Below are positions 39,081-50,800 of a DNA stretch of 64,000 bases, one piece after another. The DNA lies in the NCBI RefSeq assembly GCF_046119375.1, contig NW_027362768.1, positions 30,566,001-30,630,000 on the forward strand, in the 5' to 3' direction. Every line of letters begins with the position of its first letter. Position 1 is the first letter of the stretch. The DNA comes from Phyllobates terribilis. Its lineage: Eukaryota. The notes beneath the pieces are model-generated. The model saw nothing but the letters and a program-made list of their open reading frames with translations. It ran no database searches and had not been told where the DNA came from. The position numbers and the translations under genes were made by a program.

Positions 39081-40720
39081 TAGCGGACGCCATGTTGTGT
39101 TTGGAGAGCCCCTGTGTGCCCAAACATTGGAGCTCCCCCACAAGTGACCCCATTTTGGAAACTAGACCCCCCAAGGCACCTATCTAGATGCATAGTAAGC
39201 ACTTGGAACCCCCAGGTGCTTCACAAATTGATTCGTAAAAATGAAAAAGTGAAAAAAAAACACTTTTTCATTTTTATGAATCAATTTGTGAAGCACCTGG
39301 GGGTTCCAAGTGCTCACTGTGCATCTAGATAGGTGCCTTGTGGGGTCTAGTTTCCAAAATGGGGTCACTTGTGGGAGAGCTCCAATGTTTGGGCACACAG
39401 GGACTCTACAAATGCAACATGGTATCCGCTAACAAATTGAATGGAAAATCGGCTCAAATTGTTAGCGGACCCCAAGTTGCGTTTGGAGAGCCCCTGTGTG
39501 CCCAAACTTTGGAACTCCCCCACAAGTGACCCCATTTTGGAAACTAGACCCCCAAAGGCACCTATCTAGATGCATAGTGAGCACTTGGAACCCCCAGGTG
39601 TTTCACAAATTGATTCATAAATATGAAAAAGTGTTTTTTTTTTCACTTTTTCATTTTTACGAATCAATTTGTGAAGCACCTGGGGGTTCCAAGTGCTCAC
39701 TATGCATCTAGATAGGTGCCTTGGGGGGGTCTAGTTTCCAAAATGGGGTCACTTGTGGGGGAGCTCCAATGTTTGTGCACGCAGTAGCTCTCCAAACGCA
39801 ACATGGCGTCCGCTAACAATTTGAGCCGATTTTTCCTTCAATTTGCTAGCGGACACCATGTCGCGTTTGGAGAGCCCCTGTGTGCCCAAACTTTGGAGCT
39901 CCCCCACAAGTGACCCCATTTTGTAAACTAGACACCCCAAGTCACCTATCTAGATGCATAGTGAGCACTTGGAACCCCCAGGTGCTTCACAAATTGATTC
40001 GTAAAATGAAAAAGTGAAAAAAAAACACTTTTTCATATTTATGAATCAATTTGTGAAACACCTGGGGGTTCCAAGTGCTCACTATGCATCTAGATAGGTG
40101 CCTTGGGGGGTCTAGTTTCCAAAATGGGGTCACTTGTGGGGGAGCTCCAATGTTTGGGCACACAGGGACTCTCAAAATGCAACATGGTATCCGCTAACAA
40201 ATTGTCGGCTCAAATTGTTAGCGGACATCATGTTGCGTTTGGCGAGCCCCTGTGTGCCCAAACATTGGAGCTCCCCCACAAGTGACCCCATTTTGGAAAC
40301 TAGACCCCCCAAGGCACCTATCTAGATGCATAGTGAGCACTTGGAACCCCCAGGTGTTTCACAAATTGATTCATAAATATGAAAAAGTGTTTTTTTTTCA
40401 CTTTTTCATTTTTACGAATCAATTTGTGAAGCACCTGGGGGTTCCAAGTGCTCACTATACATCTAGATAGGTGCCTTGGGGGGTCTAGTTTAAAAAATGG
40501 GGTCACATGTGGGGGAGCTCCAATGTTTGTGCACGCAGTAGCTCTCCAAACGCAACATGGCGTCCGCTAACAATTTGAGCCGATTTTCCATTCCATTTGT
40601 TAGCGGACACCATGTCGCGTTTGGAGAGCCCGTGATGTGCCTAAACAGTGGAGCTCCCCCACAAGTGACCCCATTTTGGAAACTATACCCCTCAAGGATT
40701 TTATTAAGGTGTATAGTGAA
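39081..40720. repeat. Array of four about 380-bp self-palindromic units with alternately flipped loops
   Basis: TAGCGGAC starts at 39081, 39463, 39847, 40219, 40601. Each unit has arms of about 175 bp around an A-run or T-run centre. Confidence 0.9.
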
Positions 40721-40788
40721 CATTTTGAACCCAGAGGTACGACACAGAATTTGTTTACATTAGGTCATCATATTGAATAAGTTGTCAT

Positions 40789-41088
40789 TAGTCTTGAGCG
40801 CAAGTGCTCGCTACTTGAGTTTGCATCGGGTACTCAGGTATGCACCATGTACAGCGTGTGCTCGAGTGACATGCTCGAGTCCCTGCTCCGCATGTTTCAC
40901 GGTTATTAGACACCCAAAAAAAACATGCGGGGATCGCTCGTGCATGGCAGGCAATCCCCGTAAAGTTTTTTTGGCCGCGAAGCATATGGGGCAGAGACTC
41001 GAGCATGTCACTCAAATACCCACGATACTCAATGCATACCAGAGCACCCGATGCAAACTCAAGTAGCGAGCACTTGCGCTCAACACTA
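40789..41088. mobile_element. 300-bp hAT MITE
   Basis: TIR TAGTCTTGAGCGCAAGTGCTCGCTACT / AGTAGCGAGCACTTGCGCTCAACACTA; degenerate 8-bp TSD GTTGTCAT / GTCGCCAT. Confidence 0.85.
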
Positions 41089-41145
41089 GTCGCCATATCG
41101 TCATCTTTTTTCTTACTTTTGAAAAAAATCCCAACCCCATCACAA

Positions 41146-41326
41146 CCCTAACCCCAACCCCAGCCCTAACCGTAGCACAACCCTAACCGTAGCACAACCC
41201 TAACCGTAGCACAACCCTAACCGTAGCACAACCCTAACCCTAGCACAACCGTAACCCTAGCACAACCCTAACCCTAGCACAACCCTAACCCCAAACCCAG
41301 CCCTAACCCTAGCCCAATCCTAACCC
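41146..41326 (-). repeat. Degenerate telomere-like tract with local 17-bp ACCCTAACCGTAGCACA repeats
   Basis: Visible tandem units. Confidence 0.9.
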
Positions 41327-42795
41327 AGGAATTTATTTTTGGCGCCGTTCCTCGTTCGGTGTAAGTGATTAGACGACTTTATTCTTCGGGTCGGTGTGAT
41401 TACAGCAATACCAGAATCATATGGGGTTTTTATGACTGACAGCTGTCACACACAAAAAGACGCATTTTTTGTAAAATCTAGTTTTTGCATCGCCATATTT
41501 TGAGAGCTATAATTTTTCCAGATTTTGGCAGACAGTCATGTGACGGCTCGTTTTTTGCGGGATGAGTTGACGTTGTTATTGGTGCCATTTTCAGGCACAT
41601 GACATTTTTTGATCGCTTTCTATTCCGATTTTTGGGAGGCAGAATAAACAAAAACCAAAAATTCAGGAATTGTTTTTTTTTTTTTATTCTGTTCCGCGTG
41701 TGGTAAAAGTGATAAGGCAGCTTTATTCTTCGGGTCAGTACGTTTACAGCGGTACCACATTTATATCGTTTTTCTATGTTTTGCACTTTTACATAATAAA
41801 AGCAATTTTATAGAAAAAAATATTTTTTAGCATAGCTTTATTCTGAGAGCTATAACTTTTTTATTTTTCGGCTGATGGAGCTCTATGTCAGCTTGTTTTT
41901 TGCGGGACGAGATGTCGTTTTCAGCGGTACCATTTTTATTTATATTCGTCTTTTTGATCGCGTGTTATTCCATTTTTTATTTGGCGGTATGGTGATAAAG
42001 CATTGTTTTTTGCTTCGTTTTTTTTTTTTTTTTTACCGTGTTCACTGAAGGGGTTAACTAGTGGGACAGTTTTATAGGTCAGGTTGTTCCGGACGCGGCG
42101 ATACCAAATATGTGTACTTTTATTGTTTTTTTTGTTTTTTTTTATAATAATGTTTATTGATGGGTACATTATATTTTTATTTTTGGTGGATTATTTTATT
42201 TCTTTTTTTTTTAGATTTTTTTTTTTTTTTTTTTTTTCACTTACTGACAGTTTTTATACTTTATTACTTTGTCCCACTATGGGACTTTCACTTTTTTTCT
42301 CTGATCACCTGCATGGCACAGGAATGCAGCACCATCCCTGTGTCATACAGGCTGTCAGCGCTGGACAGGGAGAAGATTGTTTGGGGATGCACTGCGCATG
42401 TCCAAACAATCTTCCTGCTGTCTGGTGACCCGGATGTTGTCATGACGACATCGGGTCGTCATGGCAACACCCGGGAAGCCTTTGCAGACAGCGCTGGAAG
42501 CCGGAAGAGGAGGTGAGCATCTGCGATCACCTCCACTTGCCCCCGCAATGCTGCGATCGGCTGCGATCAACTTAGATCGCAGCATCGCAGGGCTTAATGT
42601 GCTGGGAGCGGTGCAGGACCGCTCCCTGCACATAGTACCAGGTGTCAGCTGTGACAATCAGCTGACACCCGGCGGCGATCGCGCCCGCACAGCCTGTGTG
42701 CGCGCGCGATCGCGATGACGTACTAATACGGGTCTGGCTCTTAAGTCCCAGGGCACAGACGCGTATTAGTACGTCAGATGTTATTAAGGGGTTAA

Positions 42796-43354
42796 AGGGG
42801 TTTTCCCAAGAACAAAAGTTCATTTTAATCAATAGATCTCGGAATAATAATAATTTGCACAATTGGATGTGTTTAAATAAAATGTCCCTGTGCTGAGATA
42901 ATCTTATAAATGTTCCCCTGCTGTGTACTGTGTAATGGCTGTGTCTAACCGTGTACAGAACATGGTCTGATCATACCACAGCTCCTGGACAGGGGAGGAA
43001 GCAAAAGAGTATACAGACATTACAGCAGGGGATCACAGCTGATTCTTACTTTGAAGTAAAACATTGTTTAAAAACAGGCAGTGAAATTTTTTACCTCACA
43101 AAAAGAATCCGCTGTGATCCCCTGCTGTAATGTCTGTATATTCTTTTGCTTCCTCCCCTGTCCAGGAGATGTGGTATGATCAGACTATGTTCCGTACACG
43201 GCCAGACACAGCCATTACACAGTACACAGCAGGGGCACATTTATAAGATTATTTCAGCACAGGAAAAAATTTTTTAAACACATCCAATTGTGGAAATTAT
43301 TATTATTCCGAGATCTTTTGATTAAAATGAACTTTCGTTTGTGGGAAAACCCCT
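42796..43354. mobile_element. Palindromic T2/Kolobok-type MITE
   Basis: TTAA + AGGGGTTTTCCCA...TGGGAAAACCCCT + TTAA (43355-43358); arms of about 270 bp. Confidence 0.88.
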
Positions 43355-43771
43355 TTAAGTTAATCTGATTTATAGAAATCTCATACCAACTATGCTTTTT
43401 GTACACTGCGTAAACTCACCTGTGGTGCTCTTCTGAAATCAACAACATGTCAAATTCTACACAAGTTTTATGTGTGTATTTTCCCCATAGAATTGCTTTA
43501 GAAAAATGGTAGGTAAAAAACGCTGCAGAAATTAACTTCTAACCAATGAAATCCACACATGACTGTATCAATAAAGGTTTGTCATAGTCAAATACCAGAA
43601 AATATCAAAAACAGAGCAGCTTAATTTAAAACAGGACATAGCAAAAACAAAAAAAAATACAACATCAAAAACGCAAAACAAATGAATGTTAAGAAAATGC
43701 ACTCACAAACACAATGAAAAGACGCAAGTGACCTAATGTCAATCTTCTGGAATGGAAGAAAAATTGTTGCA

Positions 43772-44595
43772 TGATGCGCTTGTAAAGGTGGAGAAGTTGT
43801 CCTGACTCCCTCTCTGAAGATTTAATGTATTTCTGTATTGCAATAACCTGTTTTGTATGTGATCTTACATACTGTATGCAGCAGCAGTTTAGTTAGCCTG
43901 TGGATAGGGTTAACAGTTAGAAGACAGGCCAAGTTGGGAGGAGTTACATGGGCACACAAGAAGCTAACTCCTGGTTGTTAGGCAGTTATCATTAAGCTAC
44001 TGAAGAGATAAGAAGTGTTCTCTAGTAGAGGGCCACAAGTTGGAGAGTGTGTTAGTGACAGAGTATCCAAAACTTTAAGAAGTTCCAAAAACAAGTTCCA
44101 CAGAAACTTAGTGCTACTACTAACAGCCAGAGTGCAGAGATAGAAGGAGAAGTAATAAGAAGGTTGCTTTCATCATCAATGAGTACCTGCCGTAGCATTA
44201 AACAGAGTTGAGGGATGCGTAATTCCCCTAGGCAGCTAGAAGTTGGCTATAGGTCAATGTGTAAAACGGATCCTGGAGGGTTAGAGAAGACCTTGTCCGA
44301 CCATGAAGGAGCACAAGGTGTCTACTGCAACGAAAGATAGAGAAAGTTGAACTCTGAGCTAGAAAACTCCCAGAAGTATACTGTCACTCTGAAATTGCAA
44401 TTTTAACATTAAAATATGCCATATGTAACAGAAGTATGAAACTCTGCCTAATGTAGAAGAAATGTTGAATTATTGCTATGTTTCTATCCAGCATTAAACC
44501 TGTTTGAACCATGCCAGTAAAGATGTTTTTAACTTTTTACAACAAACTCTGGCTTCACTGAATCATTGTGCATTTTAAAGGTCCCCGTATCATCA
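43772..44595. mobile_element. Probable old solo LTR
   Basis: TG..CA ends (TGATG / CATCA) and LTR-like composition; no TSD found. Confidence 0.35.
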
Positions 44596-45834
44596 TACCA
44601 CTTGTGGCCAAGAAGGGATAAGCAGCGAACCCCCACAAATCACGCCCACATTCAACCATTCATTACACGCTTTTTCTTCCATCCTAAAACTGACACCAAA
44701 CAGAAACCAAACACAATCTGTTGATCGATATGCCCCTCTGCATCCCGTTGCATCACTTTTTACATGAATATTCTTTGTCTGTGCCTAAAATGGAACAGAA
44801 AAACAGACCTCCCAGATGGACATATCAACAGAGCCCAAGCAGTGTGCTAATATCTAAGCACTGCGCTCAATGTATACAATATATGAGCGGTGTGTAATGT
44901 ATGCATCTAGTAGATGATTAGTAAGCTGTATTTGTCTAAAATATGAGTGGGGTATGCTGTATGTGCCATAATATATACGCAGTGTGTGTACTGCATGCAT
45001 CTAATATGTGAGCAGTGTATATGTACTGTATGTGTTTAAAACGTAAACAGTGTACAATGTATATGTCTAATATGTGAGCCGTGTCTGCAGCATGTGCCTT
45101 TGGGCCTGAGTGTGCAGTAGTATTGCAGTGTAATACATTAATGAACATGTTCCTGAAAAAATATAGAGAAAAGTTTATTTTTACAAAAATACTTTTTTTT
45201 CTATTGAAAAGCTTTATTGTATAGAAGCAATAAATACAGTACACATTGGTAATGAATGATGTATCTGTAATTCCCTACTATATAAAATTGTCTTGTTTTT
45301 CAACCTGTACTACATAAAATTATCCTGTTTTTCAACCTGTACAGTGGACTCTATGAAAATACAACTTCAATTTCAGTTTTTTTTTTGTTCTTCCAATACC
45401 CCCCAAAAAGGGAAAAAAATGTTCAAAAAGTTCTATCTTGCCCCAAATGGTACAACACAGCTATCAAAGGTAAAAAAAAGTTATGGCTCCTTGTTTCATG
45501 TCGTCATCCCTTGCCTCAACTTCCCTATAGTTACAAACAGTGGCAAACGCCGGGACTTCTCCCAGGTTCCATGCAGAGATTTTAGTGCGGTATAAATCTA
45601 TTGAACTGGATTTCTTTCAGGTTTTTGCTATGTAATTTGACAACCACATGATGTAGGAACAAAGACAAAATTCCAGCCATTCCGAAAATGTAATCTTTTC
45701 TTTCTTGAAGCTTATAGTTGGTTCTGAGATATGTTTTGGTCATTGTCCATGTGCTATATTCAAACTTCTATATGTGATTGTAATAATATATGGCTGTAAT
45801 AATAACAACAACACAAAATTCACAATTTTTCCAG

Positions 45835-46002
45835 GTGACTGCATAATGTGAAAAGAAACAATGTTAAGAAACATTAGATTGGAATACGTTCTTTTAAAAT
45901 TTCAAATGGGAAAAATGTGGATTTTGATTGCATTGGAATATGGTTCGGTCACGGCTGCATGTAAGGATGGTAAGATGCATTACCCCTAATGCATCATCTT
46001 AG
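45835..46002 (+). pseudogene. Decayed sushi/CCP pseudo-exon
   Basis: Acceptor TTTTTCCAG at 45826-45834. Reads DCIM*KETMLRNIRL...YGSVTAACKDGKMHYP*CI, with SNGKNVDFDC in another frame. Same CCP subtype as 58598-58798. Confidence 0.7.
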
Positions 46003-46964
46003 ACCTGTATAGAATACAGCAGGGGTCAGCAACCTGCAGCCCTGCAGTAGAGATGAGCGTTGTTCTACTCGAACTGTTCGCCAATCTCAAATTCGAGCTG
46101 TTTTGGGCGGTGTTCGAGCCGTTCGGCGAACACGAACAATTTGAGAAAAATTTGGCTGTTCGAGGTTATGTTCGATAACTGTTCGTGCACCAAAATCATA
46201 ACTGGATTTTTTCTCAGTAATGATGAAAATTAATGTTAATACGCAGTTTGAGTGTACAGCGGGGTGGGGGGAGGGGCAGGGGATGGATCTCTGCAGGAAC
46301 AATGAATATCTCCATTTTTTTTTCTCTTTCCCGCATTTGCAGTGGGGAGGTGCAATCTGTCAGCCTATCAGCAGCGCACACACGGAGCGAAGTGCTTTTT
46401 TTCACACAAGCAAGGGCATGTGTCATTGGCAGTGTATGTCACATGTCCTTGCCCTATAAGACCAAGCCATTTTCCCCGTCGCCACCATTTTATCACTGCT
46501 GCAGCTGCGTGTTAGACGGCACCGCTGTTGCTGTGTGCGCTATACCTTGTTAATTTCAAGCCAATTTTCGCACAAATATACAGATAGCTTGGGAGTAGGG
46601 AATAGTTGTGATTGCAGTCCTTTTAAGGACTAGGTTACAGCATTTCCTACGACTTTTATCAGGGAGGTCTGTGCTCTTAAATAGATAGATTGTGGGAGTA
46701 AAGACTAATTGTAATTGCAGTCCTTTTCAGGACTAAGTTACATCAGTTCCTATCAGTTTTTGCCAGGCTGGTCTGTGCCAGTGCTGTGCAAGTTTTTTTC
46801 ACAGCATTTGGCTGAATCTAGCAAAGCTAATCCTTTTTGGCCTATTGCAGAGTGTGTTAGTCAGTGGAGTAGCCTATCTGTGTTGCAAGATATACCACCT
46901 GTGTATAGAATACCAATTTTTTTACTGCACCTAGTGAAGTAAAATCTTTTGGGCATAGCATCAT

Positions 46965-47689
46965 TCTATTAGTCCATCTATACTGACCTCCATCAGGTTG
47001 CAAACTGAATATAATTTTTTTCTGCATCTGGCTCTGAAAAAATATTTGGCCTTCTAGCAGTGTGTCGGACTTTATCTATTAGTCCATCTATACTGACCTC
47101 CATCAGGTTGCAAATTAAAAATAATTTTTATCTGCATCTACAGTACCTCTGAAAAAATATTTGGGCTTCTAGCTGTGTGTGGGACTTGTTGTATTAGTCC
47201 ATCTATACTGACCTCCATCAGGTTGCAAACTGAATATATTTTTTTCTGCATCTACCTCTGAAAAATTATTGGGCTTCTAGCTGTGTGTGGGTCTTGTTGT
47301 ATTAGTCCATCTATACTGACCTCCATCAGGTTGCAAACTGAATATATTTTTTTCTGCATCTACCTCTGAAAAAATATTTGGGCTTCTAGCTGTGTGTGGG
47401 ACTTGTTGTATTAGTCCATCTATACTGACCTCCATCAGGTTGCAAACTGAATATATTTTTTTCTGCATCTACCTCTGAAAAAATATTGGGCTTCTAGCTG
47501 TGTGTGGGTCTTGTTCTATTAATCCATCTATACAGACCTCCATCAGGTTGCAAACTGAATATAATTTTTTTCTGCATCTACCTCTGAAAAAATATTGGGC
47601 TTCTAGCTGTGTGTGGGACTTGTTGTATTAGTCCATCTATACTGACCTCCATCAGGTTGCAAATTGAATATAATTTTTTTCTGCATCTA
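46965..47689 (+). repeat. About 109-bp tandem array, about 6.6 units, in copy C
   Basis: Seven unit starts between 46965 and 47624. Confidence 0.92.
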
Positions 47690-47805
47690 ACCCAGCCAAT
47701 AGTTTTGGCCTAATACCACAGTTTGGCCACTCAGCTCTGCTCGGTTACCATCCATTGTTTTTTTGTGCAAACAACTCCAGAGTTGTGAATTAGTTAACCA
47801 CCAAA

Positions 47806-50800
47806 ATGAGTGGAAAAAGGCCTGCTGCTGGTGGAAAGGGGAATAGGCGTGTTGGGAAGGGACAAAAAGGTTGTGTCTGTGGGGTAGGTGTTAAAGCAAC
47901 AGTAACATCTGCAGAAGAAAGACCATCTTCCAGCCAAACTAAAATGTCTACTTCTTTTAGCGGACAATGTGATAAGATCCCTTTCTTACGGCCACGCCAA
48001 TCGCTACAAATTCCAGATGAGGCACAAAAACAGCAGGTGCTTCAACGGATATCAAGTGCTCCTTTAAGTGGGCTCTCCTCCACATCAACTTCAACATCAC
48101 AAATACTCCAGTCCTCAAAGGTGTCACCCCAATCGCACTTGCTTCCTCACAGCTCCCAAATCTCCAGCTGCCCGTCTGAGTATGAGGTAGAACAGATGGT
48201 TGAGTCTGCAGAGCTGTTTACTCATACTATAGCCTGGGAATCAGAGGTCGACTCCAGCGCTTCTGTGAATCCAGACGAGGAAATGATCTGCACTGATGCC
48301 CAGAATCTTTATGAGTCGGATCCAGGACCAGACGCAGAAGGTTCTGACCATAATGTAGACCCTCATTCCCAAACTGTAACTCCTGTTGGTGGAGACAATG
48401 AGGAAGACGATGATAAGACTCAAATACCTGATTAGAGCGACAACTTTAGTTTTTTGTCAGGGCAGGAACAGGTTGGCTCTGAGGACGACGGGTGTGATAA
48501 CGCACAGGGTGATGATGATGAGGTTGGAGATCCCACTTACTGTCAACCCACAGTCAGCCAAGAGATGAGGTCAGCAGAGGAGGTGGAGGAAGATGCTAGT
48601 GACGACGAGGTCAGGTTGCGCCTTCCTGGACAGAGACGTAGTACTGGAAGCACGTCAACAACTGCATCCTCAAACACAACTCTGCCTCTCTCCACAAGTC
48701 GTAGTGGCTCTTCAGGTCGCATGGGTGCTAAGCCTTGCATAGCCTGGGCATTTTTTCAGATCAATAAAGATGACCCAACTCGTGTTATCTGTAACATTTG
48801 TCAGCAAAAGCTAAGTAGAGGCCAAAAAATACATAGTTTGAGTACTTCATGCATGAACCGGCACATGGATATGAAGCATAAGTTGCAGTGGGAAGCTCAG
48901 TGTGCTACAATGCGGCCTAGCCGGCCGCGCCAACCACCGTCTGCCATATCTTGTGCATCCGCGGCCTCTTCATCCTCTGTGACTGGGGGGACAGCAGTCA
49001 CACCTGTTTTGGGGCGCAGACCTGCCACCTCTTTACCCGCAACAGCCAGCGTGATTGGCAGGTCATCATTTTCTTTGGAGGTTACATAGTTACATAGTTT
49101 GTAAAGCCGAATAAAGACTTGCGTCCATCAAGTTCGACCTGTTAGTTCTGTAATTGCTAAAGTTGATCCAGAGGAGGGCAAAAACCCCAAATGATTTAGC
49201 CAATCTTCACCTGAGGAAAAATTCCCTCCCGACTCTGAAACCAGCAGTCAGAATAAATCCCTGTATCAACCTACTATTTTATTCTATTTTTAAGTATATG
49301 CTGAAATCTGCCTGGTATCTAGAAATGCATCCAGTCCCCGCTTGAACTGGTGTAGTGAATCTGACATTACCGTCTCCTCACTCAGTGAATTCCATATTCT
49401 CACTGCTCTTACCGTAAAGAACCCCTTCCTATGCTGGTGCTGAAACCTTTTCTCTTCCAGTCTTAGTGAATGCCCTCTTGTTACCGTAATATCCCTCCTT
49501 TTGAACAAATCCCGGGCAAGATCTCTATACTGTCCCCTAACATATTTGTACACATTTATTATGTCCCCCCTCAACCTTCTCTTTTCCAGGCTGAATAGTC
49601 CTAGTTTTGCCAACCTCTCTGGGTATTGCAGTCCCTCAATTCCCTTTATTAATTTTGTTGCCCTCCTTTGTACCTTTTCAAGCTCATTTATATCCTTTCT
49701 ATATATTGGGGCCCATAACTGAGCACAGTATTCCAAGTACAGACCCCTGTGGTACCCCACTAGTGACGCTTACCCAATCTGAGTATATTCCATTTATAAC
49801 CACCCTCTGCCTTCTATCCTTTAGCCAGTTAGCTACCCACTTGCAGACATTTTCCCCCAGCCCCATCATTCTCATTTTGTATACCAACCTATTATGTGGC
49901 ACGCTATCGAACGCTTTTGAGAAGTCGAGATACACGACATCCACTGGTTCCCCCTGATCTACTCGAGAGCTAACCTCCTCGTAGAAGTCAATCAGGTTTG
50001 TTTGGCAGGAGCGATTCCTCATGAATCCATGTTGGTTCGGGGTTAATAGATTATTAGCGTCAAGATGCTCCATGATTGCCTCATTAATAAAGCCTTCAAA
50101 AATTTTGCCCACAACGGACGTCAGACTCACCGGCCGATAGTTTCCGGTGTTACTTTTTGCTCCCTTTTTGAATATTGGCATTACATTCGCCTGTCGCCAA
50201 TCAAGTGGTACAGACCCAGTCTCAACAGAGTCCTTAAATATAAGATATAACGGTCTGTCTATCACATTACTTAGTTCCCTTAGTACCCGTGGGTGTATGC
50301 CATCAGGTCCTGGTGATTTGTTTATTTTAATGTTTATTTTAATGTTACTGAGGCGTTTCTGTACCCCAGCTTGGGTTAGATTTGTCATACTTAGTGGAGG
50401 ATTAAGCTTGTCACTTCTCATTTCGCCTGTTAGTTCTTTTTCTTTTGTGAAAGTTGACGAAAAAAAATTTATTTAATAGATTAGCTTTATCCTCATCTTT
50501 CTCTATGATTTTGCCTTCATCACTTTTTATCGGTCCAATATTATTCGATTTAATCCTTTTACTATTTATATACGTAAAGAACAGTTTGGGATTTGATCTA
50601 CTTTCCCTAGCAATACGTCTCTCTGTTTCCTCCTTTGCTATTTTTATTTGTTTTTTGCAGGTTCTCGTTTTTTCCTTGTAACACATTAGTGCCTTCTTGC
50701 TGTTTTCCTGTTTTAATCTCTTGAATGCCTCTTTTTTGCTATTTAACGCCCCTTTTACGTTCTTATTCAACCATATTGGTTTCCTCTTATTTCTGGCCCT

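Larger units (their letters stand above)
38256..42791 (-). mobile_element. Same TTAA family, right copy, inverted
   Basis: Shares TTAA 38252-38255 with the left copy; ends AAGGGG + TTAA 42792-42795; collinear in reverse with 34589-38251. Confidence 0.82.

Noticed and set aside
36498-40763. Many short ORFs with repeated PPQVTPFWKL / FQNGVTCGG peptides (also 2895-4452, 32268-32910)
   Set aside because: Translations of internal repeats of a non-coding DNA transposon family.
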